In this document: piece by piece, positions 33,660 to 46,400 of the stretch
How the letters are laid out: every line of letters starts with the position of its first letter
Position numbering within the stretch: the first letter of the stretch is position 1
Assembly (NCBI GenBank): GCA_000002445.1
Contig: CH464491.1
Location: forward strand, 4,288,001-4,352,000
Direction of reading: 5' to 3'
Source of the DNA: Trypanosoma brucei
Lineage: Eukaryota
Length of the DNA stretch: 64,000 nt
Program-made: the position numbers and the translations under genes
The notes under the pieces: generated by a model
What the model saw: the letters and a program-made list of their open reading frames with translations, nothing else
The model's database searches: none
Told to the model about the DNA's origin: nothing

Positions 33660-34233
33660 TTTGTTACCTGCAGCAGCAGCAGCAGCAGTTATAGAACAAA
33701 AAAAAAGAAAAAGAGAAAGTACCTTCCCCCTCCCTCCCTCCCTTCCCCCTTGAAGAGAGGAAAAAAAAAAGAAAACTCCGGTACCTCTAAGCGTTTTGAA
33801 GCACGCTGCAGAGGGGGAGGAAACGAGGGGAATACTAACGAAACGTGTGTACCACCTCTGATATGGTTTTCAACTACTACTCAATGGACAGCGTAATGAA
33901 AGCAGAAAATTAAAGAAATTAAAGAAATAGCTGGACGAAAAACCTGTATGTGTATGTGTGTGTGTGTGTGTGTGTATGTGAACAATTTCATCAAGTGAAT
34001 GAATTAAATAATAATTGAATGAATGGCAGAGAATAGATAAGAAATGACAATAGCACGTCACTAAGCGACTTAATGAACGGCTCTACCACCAAACACATGC
34101 GGTGACCTCATTCCAATAGGGTAGCACGACAAGATAACAAACGCATCAGCATAAGCAAATAGCGTGATGTAGCAACAGTGACTGTAAGGAGGACCGGGTA
34201 AAAAAAAAATAAAGAGAAAAGAGTCAAATTCCG

Positions 34234-34530
34234 TCACTTCGTGAGCTCCTGTATCACAACAAGCAAGAATTCCTCGTGGCATTTGATAATAATTTCGTTG
34301 TTGAGGGATCGTACTCGCACAGCATCAAGAGACTCATCCGCACTAAACAAAAGAGCAGCATCACGCGCGAGGTCGGCTGCCATGTTGCTGTACGCCACGG
34401 CACGGTTTCGATCCAAGTCTTGAAAACTATCACGGATTGGTTCACCGTTGCGGTTGCACACAACAGCGCCTGCAACACCTTTCGTATATGTAATGAGTTC
34501 CAGCACACTTTCCACGCGCTCACTCGTCAT
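34234..34530 (-). CDS. Dynein light chain roadblock/LC7 (Robl/LAMTOR-like fold), 99 aa
   Basis: MTSERVESVLELITYTKGVAGAVVCNRNGEPIRDSF...VRVRSLNNEIIIKCHEEFLLVVIQELTK aligns along its length with DYNLRB (…GVQGIIVVNTEGIPIKST…[28 protein letters not shown]). The ORF as given (to 34686) has a 52-aa Cys/Val-rich extension that is probably 5'UTR. Start chosen at the ATG at 34528-34530. Confidence 0.85.
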   Translation of the reverse strand: MTSERVESVLELITYTKGVAGAVVCNRNGEPIRDSFQDLDRNRAVAYSNMAADLARDAALLFSADESLDAVRVRSLNNEIIIKCHEEFLLVVIQELTK

Positions 34531-34599
34531 AATGACAGTTGACACGACTCTGCTGAATACAATTACGTATAAATATATGAATATGTGTTGGTATTCTAA

Positions 34600-34665
34600 T
34601 GCGTGGTGGCACACTAACAAACAAACAAACAAATAAACACAAACACACACACACACAACTTCAAT
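34600..34665 (-). promoter_or_regulatory. Candidate polypyrimidine tract and AG trans-splice acceptor region upstream of the roadblock gene
   Basis: On the minus strand the sequence reads GT/T-rich (ttgtgtgtgtgtgtgtttgtgtttatttgtttgtttgtt). AG dinucleotides follow about 60-100 nt upstream of the ATG at 34530. This is the usual kinetoplastid arrangement and is not experimentally mapped. Confidence 0.3.
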
Positions 34666-37600
34666 TTTGTTCAGTTTCACCCACACAGTTCCCTCTGCAA
34701 TAGGGAAAAAGGTGCAATCGGGTCTTGTATTTTAATTCCCCTTTGATCCGTTAATACGGATTTCGCTGCTTCTTTTATTTTTTTAAAAAATTAAAGTTCT
34801 GTCTCTTCCTTTGATTCCCTCAAGTTGTTTTTTTTGTTTGTTTGTTTCCCCTCCTTGAATCTTACTTTATGTAGTACCTTTCCATGGAGTTAAATGAGGA
34901 GTTTTTTTTAAATAAAAAAAAAGGAGAAGCGAGGAGCAAACAAACAAACGAAATAAGATTGATTCAGCCAAACCACATGATGCAAAAGGCACGTAATGGG
35001 AAAATATTACAACAATAATAAGGTAAAAAAATATATAAATATATAAGAAAGGATATGAATAATAATAATAATATGCTCATGCCAGTGATAATGCTGCAGA
35101 CACTTTGAGCACAACATTCTACATTGCTGTTTCTTTTCCTTTTTTTTTGTGTATGTGGGGCGGGGGTTTCCTTGTATTTTCCTTCTCTTTGTTGTTGTTG
35201 TTGCTTTTATGTTCTCCTCTTATATTTATTTTTCCTTCCTTTTTAATTCATTTTGAAGGGAAATAAAGAGGAAGTGTACTTTTCTCTTTTCGTTTCTTTT
35301 TGTTTTTTTTGTACAAACTTTTGTACCCACCAAAAACTAAAAAAAAACAAGGATTAAATAATACCCACCGGCATGAAGAACGATGCGCTACGCTGCTTTC
35401 TGATGCTTGTGTGTTCGTGTTGGTATATATATATATAAGAAAGTGGGAGGTGGTGGGACACTTTTTTTTTTGTGTGTGTGTATATATTCATTTTATTATT
35501 TCATTTGTGTATTTTTTTTGAAATTTTTTTAAATTTAATTTTTATTTTTCTATTTCATATTATATTTTATATCTCCTACAAGTGTGAGCGGCGCCGCTTT
35601 TAAATTTCCCCACACTCACAAACATATATTCCCATCTTTTATTGCACCATCATTATTATTATAATATACCGCCATTAACACAAACACCACCACCCTTCAC
35701 ACACTAGCGAGAAAACAAACAAACAAATATAAATATATAAATGTTTCTTTGTTTTATATTTATATATTTATCTATATATGCCTGTGCAAATAATAATATT
35801 TTTTGTTAAAAAAGGAAAAGGGAAGAGGAAAAGTATTTGTCAACGAGCGTAGGGACGAAAAAAAAAAAAAGAGGTACACAGGAATAAAATTTAAAAGGAA
35901 GAAAAAAATTCTGCAAGAAAAAAAAGGGGAAAGTAATAAAAACAACAACAACAATAATAATAATAATAGTACTAAAAAGAAAGGGAAGCGGAAGAAGGAA
36001 GAAGGAAGAATTTCGCATGAAAATGCAGAAGTTCAACACGAAACAAACCAAAGCAACCACAAAAAAAAAAGCAAGCCAAAGAGCGAATACATCAGAAAAA
36101 GAAAAAAGAAAGAGGAGAATTTAAATAATAACAGACGCACGCGTACCATAACGGGAAAAGAAAAAAAAATGAGAAAGCAAAGACACACATAACGTTTGTT
36201 GCGACATTTTGTTTTTTTTTCTTTTTTCTTCTTTTTGAAATAATAAACACTGATAGCAGCGGATAAAAGAAAAAGGAGGAATCCTTTTTTTATTGTTTGT
36301 TTGTTTGTTTTCCTCCCTTTTTAATTTAATTATTGGGGAGACGGAGCGAACTCTGATAGCCCCTACAAACGGCGATGTTGCAGAAATAAAAACCTTTTTT
36401 GTTTTTTTCTTTTCATTTTCTTCTTTTAGGTTTCCACTATATCTTCTCAAACCGTATGCAAAATAATTCTTTTCTTGGTCTTCTTCATTTCAGCGACATT
36501 TCTTCCACTTTTTTTTTCTTTTTGGCTTTTCTTTTTTATTTTATTGTATTTTATCTTTTTTCTGATTTCGCCTTTTTGTGTGTTTGTTTTATTATTGCTG
36601 CAGCAGGTAAGAAGAAGAGTGAACTGAGTAGAGTAGACATCACGACACAAAACGATAATAACAATAAAAACAACAATAATAATAATAATAATAAAACACC
36701 GAAGGCAACAACGCAAAGAAATGGAGAAGGGCAAAAAAAAAAAGTAAACACTGCGCAAACATCCCACCCATTCAAGCATCCAAAAAAAAAAAAAAACATA
36801 AATTTATACTCGTTTATATAAATAAATATATAAATATATTCTCTTTTTTTAAAAAAAAAACATTCTAATGATACGTGCCATCAAAGCATTTTCGTATATT
36901 TCTTATGCACAATGATATCATGACTTCAACTTTCAGTTGCAGGTGAATGTCATCTCCCCCTCTTTTTCTATCCTTTTTTTTTCCTATTATTATTATTCTA
37001 TTTTTTCACTTCACACACATATATATATATACATATACATATATTTGTATTGCCGCGTTTCATTTCACTCCTTTTCTTTTCTCTGCATCCTTTTTGTTGT
37101 TGTTGTTGTTTTCTTTTTCAATTTGATTTCTTCGGTAATTGTGTTTAACCGAAAGTAATGTAGGAATGAAAGAACGGATGAAAAAGAAGCCGGCAGTAAA
37201 GAAGAGGAAACACTCCACCGGCGATAACATGAACAATAATAATAATAATAATTTATAGCTAATAATAATAATAATATAACTATCGACAGATCTCAGGGAG
37301 AAACGGAGATAAAAAAGAAAAAGCGCAAAGAAAAAAAAGAAAGAAGGACGGGGAAGATCGATTTAGACATTATTATTATTATTATTATTTTGCACGGCGG
37401 CACGGTATACACCTTCAAAATGCACACATGTAACTTGACTATTGAAACAAAAAACAAATCAAAACAAAACAAAAAAAAAAGAACGCAATTCAGAATTCCA
37501 CCTCCTTCACTCAGTCAGTGGCTTTTATTTGTTATTATTATTTTTTTTTGCAGTTCTGTTGCTTTTTGGTTTTTTTTCTCTCTTTCTCTCTCTTTTCTCC

Positions 37601-38423
37601 TTCCTTTTTTAAAAAACATTTGCTCCTTTTAAGTACTTTTTGTTTAATTGCATTTGCTACTGAAGCCAATAAATTTTTCTTTTTTTTAAAAAAAATACTA
37701 CATAAGAAATAAAATATTCAAAACAAAAAATAAAATAATACAAAATAAAGACGACTTCACTTTCTTTTTTTTTCCCCCTCCTCCTCCTTCTCTCCCTTGT
37801 TCCGTCTTGATTTCCACAACAACAACAACGCAAAACTTAAAAACAAAAAAAACACTATCGGGAACCGTTTTCTTTTCTTTTCTTTTCTTTTCTTTCTTTC
37901 TTTTCGTTGTTATTGTTGTTTGTTGTAGTTGTTCTCTCCCTTCTTTTTGAGTTTTCGATTTCCTATTAATATCTCCCTTTTCCTTTTTCATTTCTTTTTT
38001 TAAAAAAAAACAGAAAAGGGAAATTAAAACACCCTCTCGTGTTGTCATTATTATTATTATTATTATTATTATTGTTACTACTACTGTCCCCTTCATAACA
38101 TCACCTCCTTTAAAAATTAAAGACACAAAAATGTCACTCGGCTTTTCTTGTGTTTATTTATTTATTTATTTTTTTCTCTTCTTTTCCTCTGTTACTGTTA
38201 CTTTTAGAAAATAGGAAAAAATGAAGGGAAAATTTGTTGTTGTTGTTTTTCAAAAAAAAAAAAAAGATTCTTTTATACTTCAGCAATTTGAAATATCCAC
38301 GATAATTCGCTTCCGTGGTTCATATTGATTTGTCTTCACATAAATAATTATGTTTATTTTGTAAGCGCTTCAGCGTGTAGACACGAGAGATGTACTCCTC
38401 ATCACGCTCATTCTTCACTTTAC

Positions 38424-38430
<7 letters not shown>

Positions 38431-38470
<40 letters not shown>
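38431..38470. repeat. (TA)20 microsatellite
   Basis: Perfect TA run seen directly. Confidence 0.95.
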
Positions 38471-38472
<2 letters not shown>

Positions 38473-38494
38473 CTTTAAAATAATTTCAGTCAAT

Positions 38495-38640
38495 TTTAAA
38501 CATTATTATTATCATTATTATTATTGTCATTATTATTATTACTGTTATGATTTATCACCACTCTGTAATAGTAGTAGTAGTGGTAGTAATAATAATAATG
38601 ATAATAATAATCATAATAATCATAATAATATTGATGTCAT
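38495..38640. repeat. Imperfect inverted repeat made of (ATT)n on one arm and (AAT)n on the other, with cruciform/hairpin potential
   Basis: Left arm cattattattatcattattattattgtcattattattattactgttatg. Right arm ctgtaatagtagtagtagtggtagtaataataataatgataataataatcataataatcataataata. The two arms are near reverse complements around the centre tcaccactc. Confidence 0.7.
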
Positions 38641-40242
38641 CGTCATTTGCCTTCAATTCCTGCACACTTATTCACTCACTTACTCATTTATTGTTTATAT
38701 CCTCCGGTACTCTCTGCTTCATCATATATATAAATACATAAATATTTAACTTTTTTTTCAAATATTTATATGTATTTGTGTGCATTTGCGTATGTGTGCA
38801 TTTGGGTGTTCGTGTTTACCGCCAGCTTTCAAATATAATATATATGCTACACATTTCCTTCCATTAATTCCTTTTGCTTTTGTCCCTTTTTTTTCTTTTT
38901 TTCCTTTCTTTTTTGCTGTCATTTTCTAAAGGGAAGAAATCAAAAAAAAATTGTTCGTCATTTCACCTGACCACTGATTTGATTTTGTATATTTTGATTT
39001 CATTATATATTTATATATGTTGTTTTCTTTGTTTTCTTTGTTTTTTTTTAGTAATGCATTTCCCTTGTATAAATATATATATATAAAGTAATTATAAGAA
39101 GAACAATCATAAACAAATAAATAAGCGATGAAAAGATATTATATTTCAAACCAACAGAAAAAGAAAAAAGGAAGAGGAAGAGGGAAATGAAAAGTGGAGA
39201 ACAGAAAGGTAAAGACAGAAGTAATAGAAAAATAGATATGAAACAAAGGGAAACAATAAACAACAAAAACAGTAGTGAATCGAAGAAAGAAAGTAAGTAA
39301 GAAAGGAAGGAAGGAAGGAAGGACAAGAAAAAAAAAAGAGGGGGAAAGGGAAAGCCAATCAATCAATAAATTAACAGTTAAAAATAATTATAAATAGTGA
39401 TTAAATAACAAAAAAAACAAAAAGAAACAGAAAATAAAAAGTTATATCATATCATATAATTTTATATAATAATGGTGGCGAAGACCCGGAGAAAAAAAAA
39501 CAAAAAAATTGAGAATGTGTCCAAAAAAGAAAAACCAAGAAAGGAAAGAAAAGGAAGGAATATCAAGTAAGGGAAACTTAAGTAAATAACACCTTCACTC
39601 ACCCACACCTTGAAGCACATCGAAGAGTCCAATAAACACATTAAATGCATAAATATAAATATAAAAATATATATACGTCTTTTGTTTTTTTTCTTCTTTC
39701 CTCTTTATTTGGTTGTTTGTTTATACGCTTACGTCCGTACACGCGCCTGTGTGAGGGTGTGTAATCTTTTTTTCTTTTTTTTAAAAAAATTATTCTTTCT
39801 TTCTCTTTCTCTTTCTCTCTCTCCCTTTCTTTTTCCCTACCCCCTCCTTTTAAACTTCTTTTTCTTTTTCTTTGTCTTATTGTTTTTGTTTTTGTCTTTG
39901 CTGTTGTTGTTGTTTTGTTGATTTTTTTTAAAAATTTTTTTCTTTATATTTATATTTACGTGTTTGTTGGACTCATATAAATATGTGTACATATATTTGG
40001 TGTGTGCTCGCATGTTTGCATGCATGCATGCGTGTGTTTGTGTTTGCGTGTAAATAACCCTTTTCCTTATTTTTCCTTCCTTCCTTTCTTTTTTTCTTTT
40101 TCTTTTCTATTCCAATTCTCATTTCTCTTAAAACTTCTCTGTTATTATTCTCGTCTTTTTTGTCTTTTGTCTTTTTCTTTTTTTTTTTAATTGGGCGCGT
40201 GTGTGTGTGGGGGTGGGGGGAAGTAAATCCAGGAAATTAAAA

Positions 40243-40245
<3 letters not shown>

Positions 40246-40282
<37 letters not shown>
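40246..40282. repeat. (TA)18 microsatellite preceded by a (GT)n/G-run
   Basis: gtgtgtgtgggggtgggggg ... followed by (ta)n, seen directly. Confidence 0.95.
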
Positions 40283-40283
<1 letters not shown>

Positions 40284-42221
40284 TTTTTTTTATTTTTCTT
40301 CTTTCGGTTTACTTTTTCGTCGTTTTTATTTCTTTTCGTTTCGTTTTCTCCTTACTTCCTCTGTTAACAATAATAATGATGATAACAATAGTGACTATAA
40401 TAATAATAATAACAACAATATTAAAAATAATGGTAATAGTAATAACAATAATAATAATAATAGTAACAGTAATATAAGTCACACACACACAAAAAAAAAG
40501 ATTATAAAAGAAAAAAACAGAAAGGAGAGGAGAGGAGAAAAAAGGAAAGAAAAAGTCACACTACAAAAAAAAAAGAAAGGGGAAATAAAGAAGAGAGAGA
40601 GAGACAAAAATGAAAAAGGGTCGATCACCCGTGGGAGGAACGTGTAAATTAAATAATAATTGCCGTATCTTACAGATGTACATATGACACACACACAAAA
40701 AAAAAAAGAAAGTACAAAACAAAAATATATTTATATCAATTCTTTATTTATTTTAAATTTTTATTTTATTTCTACAAGAAAGGTCAACACAAGAGAATGG
40801 AGTAATCGTAACGAAAATGCTAAAATCTAAAAAAAAAATTCTCCCTCCCCTCCACACCATACCAAAACAACGAAGAAAAAAACTAAACTAAAACAACAAG
40901 AATAAAAATAAAAATAAAAAAAAAGATAAATTAAAAAAAATTTAAAAAAAACATAATAATAAAAAGACATGAAAAATCAGAAGGGAAGGAGGCAACACAC
41001 CAACAAGTAAATAAAATATGCCATAAATAAAATGTGATGTGGCCTCGGATTCCGCACGCTCACTAAATATAAATATTTATATATTTATTATTATTATATA
41101 TATATTTATATATTCTCTCATCAAACCCCTCCTCCACTTGCTTCTTTTTTTTTATTCTTTTTATTCCTTTCCTTTCTTCCTGCGTTATGGGATTACACCC
41201 GCATCTCTCACAAAAGAAAAAAGAAAAATAAAGAAAAAAAGAAACCCGACAACAACAACAAAAAAAACACACATTTCTCTGCCCGTGTTAATTCGGCACG
41301 CCTTTCACTCCCTCCAATTTCCACCCTCTTTGTTTCCTATAATATATTCATTTTATTTATTCATTTTATTTTATTTTTTGCCTATCCGTCCGTGTTCCTT
41401 TCTTTTCTTTTTTCTATTTTCTTATATTTCTTTTGTGTGGACTCCCGCACGCGAAGAGGGCACAAAATATTTCTCACTCGCCACAATCTCCAAACCCTCA
41501 AACTAAAGAGAAGGGAGGGGAAAAACAAAAAAAGTAGAGAAGTAAAACAAAAAGAAACCATCCCCCAAAGCGTCAGCTATCATATAAATAAATATATAAA
41601 TATATATAAATATATAAATATAAATAAATATATATTTATATAATTTCCTATTCCTTCTTTTAATCTTCTACAAAACTGAAAATGTACGTTTTTTTTTTTC
41701 CCTCCCCACACTTTTTTTGTTGTCTAATAATCATTTCGCTGCTTTACAGCTTCACTACATAATAAACAACAACAATATACTTCACAAACAACACAATAAC
41801 CAAAGAAAAGTAAATAGTAACAGACAAAACAAAACAAAACAAAAGCATCATTGGAACCCTTTCAAAGGTGGTCAGTTATTTTAATAAATTCATTCATTTA
41901 TTTATTTCATTTATTTTCCTTTCCTTTTTTTTTTTTACCCCTCATCTATTTCTTTTATTTTATTTTCTTCCTTTTTTTTTTATTCCCCCCTTTTTAATTC
42001 CTTTTTCATCCCTTGTTTAGTTTTTTGTCTTTCCTTTCCTTTTCCTCCTTCATTCCCTAATTGTTTCTGAAGTTGATCATGAACCCCATCAAAACAGGGA
42101 AATTGAGATGCACTTTTTTCTTCTTTTTTAAAAAACAAAACAAAACAAAAACAATAATTTAAAGAAAGAAGAAGAAAAACGTAAAGGAAGAAAAAAGAAG
42201 AAAATGATAATGATGATTATA

Positions 42222-42252
<31 letters not shown>

Positions 42253-43351
42253 TATTCAAAAATGAAATAGGAGGAAAAGACACTAAACAAAAAAAAGTAA
42301 AGGAACTTGAAAAGTGAGATAAAACAATAAATAAAAGCAAAACGAAAAAAAAAACAAGAACAAAAGGACGAAAAAAAAATGGCAATGAAAGGGATTGGGA
42401 TGAAAAAGAAAAAAAGAAAAAACAAAAACAGAAACAAAACAATACAGTAAAAGATAATGATAATGATGAAGCGCTCGGCGTGTTAAAGTGCAACAATAAA
42501 AAAAAAACAAAAACGGTTCAGTGGACGGAAAAGTCGAAGGTTACTGGAAACAAAAAGCGTAGACGGGAAGGGGAAGAGAGAAGCAGAGTTAGAGGAAATA
42601 AATAAAACAAAACAAAAAAGTTTTTATATTCTTCTTTTATTATTATTATTATCTCCTTTACAATAATACTAATAATAAATAAAATAAATGAATAAAATGA
42701 TAACAACGGAGAAGAACGTAAAAGAGGAGCAACAAAGCGGAAGCAAACGAACAGACACACTGATGGAAAAATATGATGAAATATTTTTTGAAAAAAAAAA
42801 GGAAAAGAAAGGTAAAGTAAGATTGGGGGACTAAGCACACACACAAACAAACATGAATAAACATATAAAACTAAATATATAACCAAATATATAAATATTT
42901 ATGTGCTCACTCAATATCCCCCTTTATTTTGTCTTTTTCAGTATCATTATCATTATTTTATTTTATTTATTTATTTATTCTCCCCCTTCTTTTCCTTTTT
43001 TTTATATTTCCCATCTTATTTTTCTTTCTTCCATTTTGTTCGCTACATCATTTCATTTCACTCTTTACGTTATCTCTCTCCATCTCTTTCTCTCTCCTTC
43101 TCTCTCGTTGTTCTTCCTGCATCACAACTATTTTCAGTTTCTTTTTTTTTTGCTTTTTTTTGATTTTGTTGCTGTTGTTATTTTCTCTCCCATCTCCCTT
43201 TCTTTTTTTTTCTTTTAAAAAAAAAGCAAAAAAAAGTTTTTTTTTCCCCTTCCTCCAAATGATCCGATCAACGCACAAACGCACAAACACACACTTCGCT
43301 GTTGAATCATTCCCTCCCTCCCCAAAGAAAAAAAAACAAAAAACAAAAAGA

Positions 43352-43412
43352 AGCTCACTCACTCACTCACTCACTCACACGCACGCACACACACATATAT
43401 ATATATATATAT
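43352..43412. repeat. Compound (CTCA)n-(CA)n-(TA)n microsatellite
   Basis: gctcactcactcactcactcactcacacgcacgcacacacacatatatatatatatatatatac seen directly. Confidence 0.9.
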
Positions 43413-46400
43413 ATACACCATTCACATATTCAAACAAAAAACGAATGAAAACAAAACAAGAAAAAAAAGGTAAATAAAATTAAATTAAAGTAGGAAAAAA
43501 AACAAAAAAAATTGACGCCACAACAATTTGTTGAAGCAAACGAAGAGGGGAAAAATATGAAAAATGGACAAAGGAAAAGGGCAGCAGCAGCAGCAGCACC
43601 CGCTGCTGGTGCCACACACAAATTCACTCATTTGTTCAATCACTCATATCATTAAATACGTATATTATATATATCTACATATATGACAGAACACATTTAC
43701 GCAATAGTAATAGTAATAATAATAATAATTATTATTATAGTAATAATATATAGATATATTTACTTATGGAAATATATATATATATATATATATATATCAA
43801 ACGCAGCAAGAAAGCGGATGGTATTTAGTATTGGAGCCATACCGCCTCATTCCTCAGGCTTCTCACCTCCTTTATTTTTTTCTTCTCTTCTCACTTGTGC
43901 CTCGTTTTTTCTTTCTTCTTTTCTTTTCTCTCAAGTTTGTTTTCTGCTGCTTACACAAAAATGGATGTAATGCGTATAAGCAACCGCACAACAAACCAAA
44001 CAAACAAACAAAAGAGTTAGAGGAAAGGTTACAAGTGATGATAATAATAATAATAACAATAAGGGAAGAAGAGAGACCCAAAAACAAAATAAAACAAAAC
44101 ATTGAGCAAATGGAAATAATAATAATAATATTATATAAATTATATATATATATATATATATACAATATAAATAAATATATATACATATATAAATATATAT
44201 AATTATAACAATAAAACAAGACGGAAAAACGCAGTGAAACATGAAATGTAGTTACAGAAAGAAAACCAAACAAGCAAACATATAAAAAAAAAGAAAAAAG
44301 AAAGAGAGGGGGAAAAGGAAATCAGAAGACACATCAACACTCCGCCAAAGTACGAAGAATACGGAGCATACAGATAATATATAAATATATATAAATATAC
44401 ATATGTATATAACATAATAGAAAGAACATAAAAACGAAAGAAAAAAAAACGACGGTCAATCACCAATCAAAACGTCAAATTGATCCCGAACGGAACAAAG
44501 TTGTGGGGAACGCGAAAACAAAAAAAAACACCCACAAAAAAGACGTGGCGGTGGTGGTGGTGGTGGCGGAAACTCAAAAACGAAAAAAAAAGGAAAAGAG
44601 TGAACCGAGCCGCAGGAGACAAATATCAGGACAAGAAAAAAAAAACACCAACCCACACATATGCCTAAAAGCGTCAAGGGAAGAAGTGGCCATCAGAACT
44701 GATAACAATAAAAAAAAAACAATTGATGAAAAGAAAAGTAAATGACAGATTTGACGACGACAACAACAATAACAAGTAAACAATAATAATGATCACCATT
44801 ATCATCATTTATATCATCACAATGCCACAACAACAAAAAAAAACAAAATCACGGAAACTCATCCCTTCTCTCTCTCTCCCCCTCCCACTCGCCTTTTGTT
44901 TCTTTTTGAACTTTATTGTCGCTGTTTCATTTATTTCTTCCTCTTGATTCGTATTTATTTATATAAAAGAAAAACCATTGCTTCCTCGGACTCCCACACG
45001 AAACAGCCTTTAAAACAAAACAAAAGAGCGCTAACAGAGAAAGTCAGAAGGCAAAGAAAGAAAGAAAAAACAAGTCAGGCACACAAATATGTAATTAAGT
45101 ATAAATTTATAAATATAAATCTCCACCACAACGCAAAAGATAAATATCAAGATTATATATATAAATAATATAGTTTTTACATATAATTTTAAATTAATTA
45201 TGGCGTAATGAGGGGACCTGAAATATCCAAAAACATTGAGAACGAAATCCACAGGAAAGTATACTGAAACCCAGTAGAGAAAGGGGAAAAGAAAGGAGGT
45301 AAAAAAAAAAAACACACACACTTACAACCAGAGTGTCAGAACCTTAAATATAATTAAATATGGTTTAATAGGGGGCAAATATAAGTAAATATAAGTAAAT
45401 ACATATAATACATATGCACCATATGTATAGATGTGTCATTATTAGCTAAAAGGCGGGAAATACACAATCACAAACACAATCACAATCACAATCACACACG
45501 CAATATAATAACAATAATGATGGTAATGGAAGAATTCATACGTAAATGTATGAAGGGACCATAACATGAAAAGAAAGAGAAAAGAAGGAGGAAGAAAAAC
45601 AAACAAATAAAAACGCAAAACATAATCAAAAAAAGGAAGGAGGTATTTTTCTTTTTCATCTTCGTGTCTTTACTGAATTTTTTTTAGATTGCTTTGATTC
45701 TTTAACCTTGTTTTTTTTACCTTATTCTTTGTACTCAGGAGGTGGGGACGGGGGGGGGATATCTCCCGCGAAGCAAATTGAATGATGATAATGATAATGA
45801 TGATAATGATATGGCAAAGCAATTAGTGCCGGGGTTGCGTGGGGCAAGTTTTAGAGGGATATGAGGAGAAGGAGAAAATAAAGAGGGGAAAGGGGGGAAA
45901 TGAAAACAGCAAACACAAACACAGGAGCCTATTTATGTATTCATTTTATTTGCTTATCCATTCATTCATTCATATTCAATCCTTCATTCGGTCGCAAAAG
46001 AGAGGTGCACGCATGCGCTAATGTATTCAACATGTTGGTGCAAAATATATCAAGCGAAAGAAAAATAGTACAAAAAATGAGGGAGGAACTAAAGGAAAAC
46101 AGAAATGGGCTGGCACGCGAGTTTTTCGAATAGGGCAAAGTGTAAAGGGAAAGGGAAAGGAACAGACAGGTACGCGCGCGCCCATGCATTTAAATCACGC
46201 GCACAGGAGCCCTCCACCCGCCTCATATTATTATTTTTTTCTTTTTTTTAATCACCCCATCCACCCACACCCCAAAGACGAGGGGAAATTTCCTTGTATT
46301 TTTTTCTTTTTTCCTTTCCTTCTTCTTTTTTTTTTCTCTTATCTCCTCTCCTCTTTTCCTTCTTTCACCCTCTCCTCTCCCCTCCCCTGTCACGCCCTGT

